NCBI RefSeq assembly: GCF_006345805.1
Contig: NC_043013.1
Coordinates: 22,506,001-22,570,000 of the forward strand
Origin: Octopus sinensis
Taxonomy: Eukaryota
Reading direction: 5' to 3'
Length of the DNA stretch: 64,000 bases
Below, piece by piece: positions 63,306 to 64,000 of this stretch; position 1 is the stretch's first letter; each line of letters opens with the position of its first letter. The position numbers were made by a program, and so were the translations under genes. Under the pieces are notes generated by a model. It made no database searches. It was not told the DNA's origin and saw nothing but the letters and a program-made list of their open reading frames with translations.

Positions 63306-63714
63306 TATTGTTTATTACATGTATATATATATATATTATATATGAATAAACTCCCTTAAAAGCAATTACTCTTTCATTCCAGGTCCTATTCAAATTAGGG
63401 TAGCAAGAATTATTTGTAAAATAGATTTGGATTCTGTAAAGTTTTGTTAATTGTATAAGATTTGGGGGAACACCGATATAAGATGTTTAACTTCCTGGCT
63501 GCTGAGTCACGCAAGTAATTAATTTCTAAATTTGCAGAAGTAGCCAACCCATGATTAGCCTGAAAAATAAATTGTTTTAATCTTTTGCTAGTTTCAGTCA
63601 TTACTCTGAGACCAAATAGGGGCATCAACTTCAAGAATTTTTGTCAAAATTAGCAATTTCATGGCATGTTCCAGTTTTTTAATTTATTTTATCAATAGAG
63701 GCAAAGTGGCCAAG

Positions 63715-63998
63715 TTCCTTTTGAGTGTTGTGGTGGCAATGACCGAGATCTTTGGAATTATGTTGTGCTTGAGAAGAAGACCCATCAAGACAAGCAAAAT
63801 TGCAGTCATGGCAGATACTGGTGTCATGCAAATGGCACCTGTGCCAGTGGCACGTAAAAGCACTACACTCTGAGTGGTTGGCGTTAGGAAGGGCATGCAG
63901 CCATAGAAAACCATGCCAAATCGCACTTCCAGCTTACCAACCCTCGTCAAACTGTCCAACCCATTCCAGCATTGGCAGTGGATGCTAAATGATGAGGA
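63715..63998 (+). mobile_element. RTE LINE 3'-end fragment
   Basis: gtgcttgagaagaagaccc...gtggttggcgttaggaagggcat...gatgctaaatgatgag. Confidence 0.75.
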
Positions 63999-64000
63999 TC

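Overview
Repeat-dense, AT-rich eukaryotic intronic/intergenic DNA. The SINE/LINE/MITE and microsatellite landscape resembles an octopus (coleoid cephalopod) genome; this is recognition, not a database match. No intact host protein-coding gene can be supported. Nearly all ORFs in the track come from microsatellites, low-complexity tracts or decayed retroelements. Supported content: decayed RTE, R4/Dong-like and L1/Tx1-like LINE fragments; several tRNA-derived SINE families; piggyBac-, mariner- and hAT-like MITEs; a complete non-autonomous Helitron; and several minisatellites. Most notable: (1) a spacerless ~450-bp palindrome at 5545-5998 whose arms carry a tRNA-like head and a minimal Penelope-type hammerhead ribozyme; (2) a SINE whose three young insertions all have TSDs starting GGTA, which forms a trimer and shares its 3' tail with an L1/Tx1-like LINE in the same window; (3) three short insertions copied from DNA 0.4-1.4 kb away; (4) an apparently CpG-retaining ~10-kb domain. 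Coordinates of degraded elements are approximate and were read by eye.
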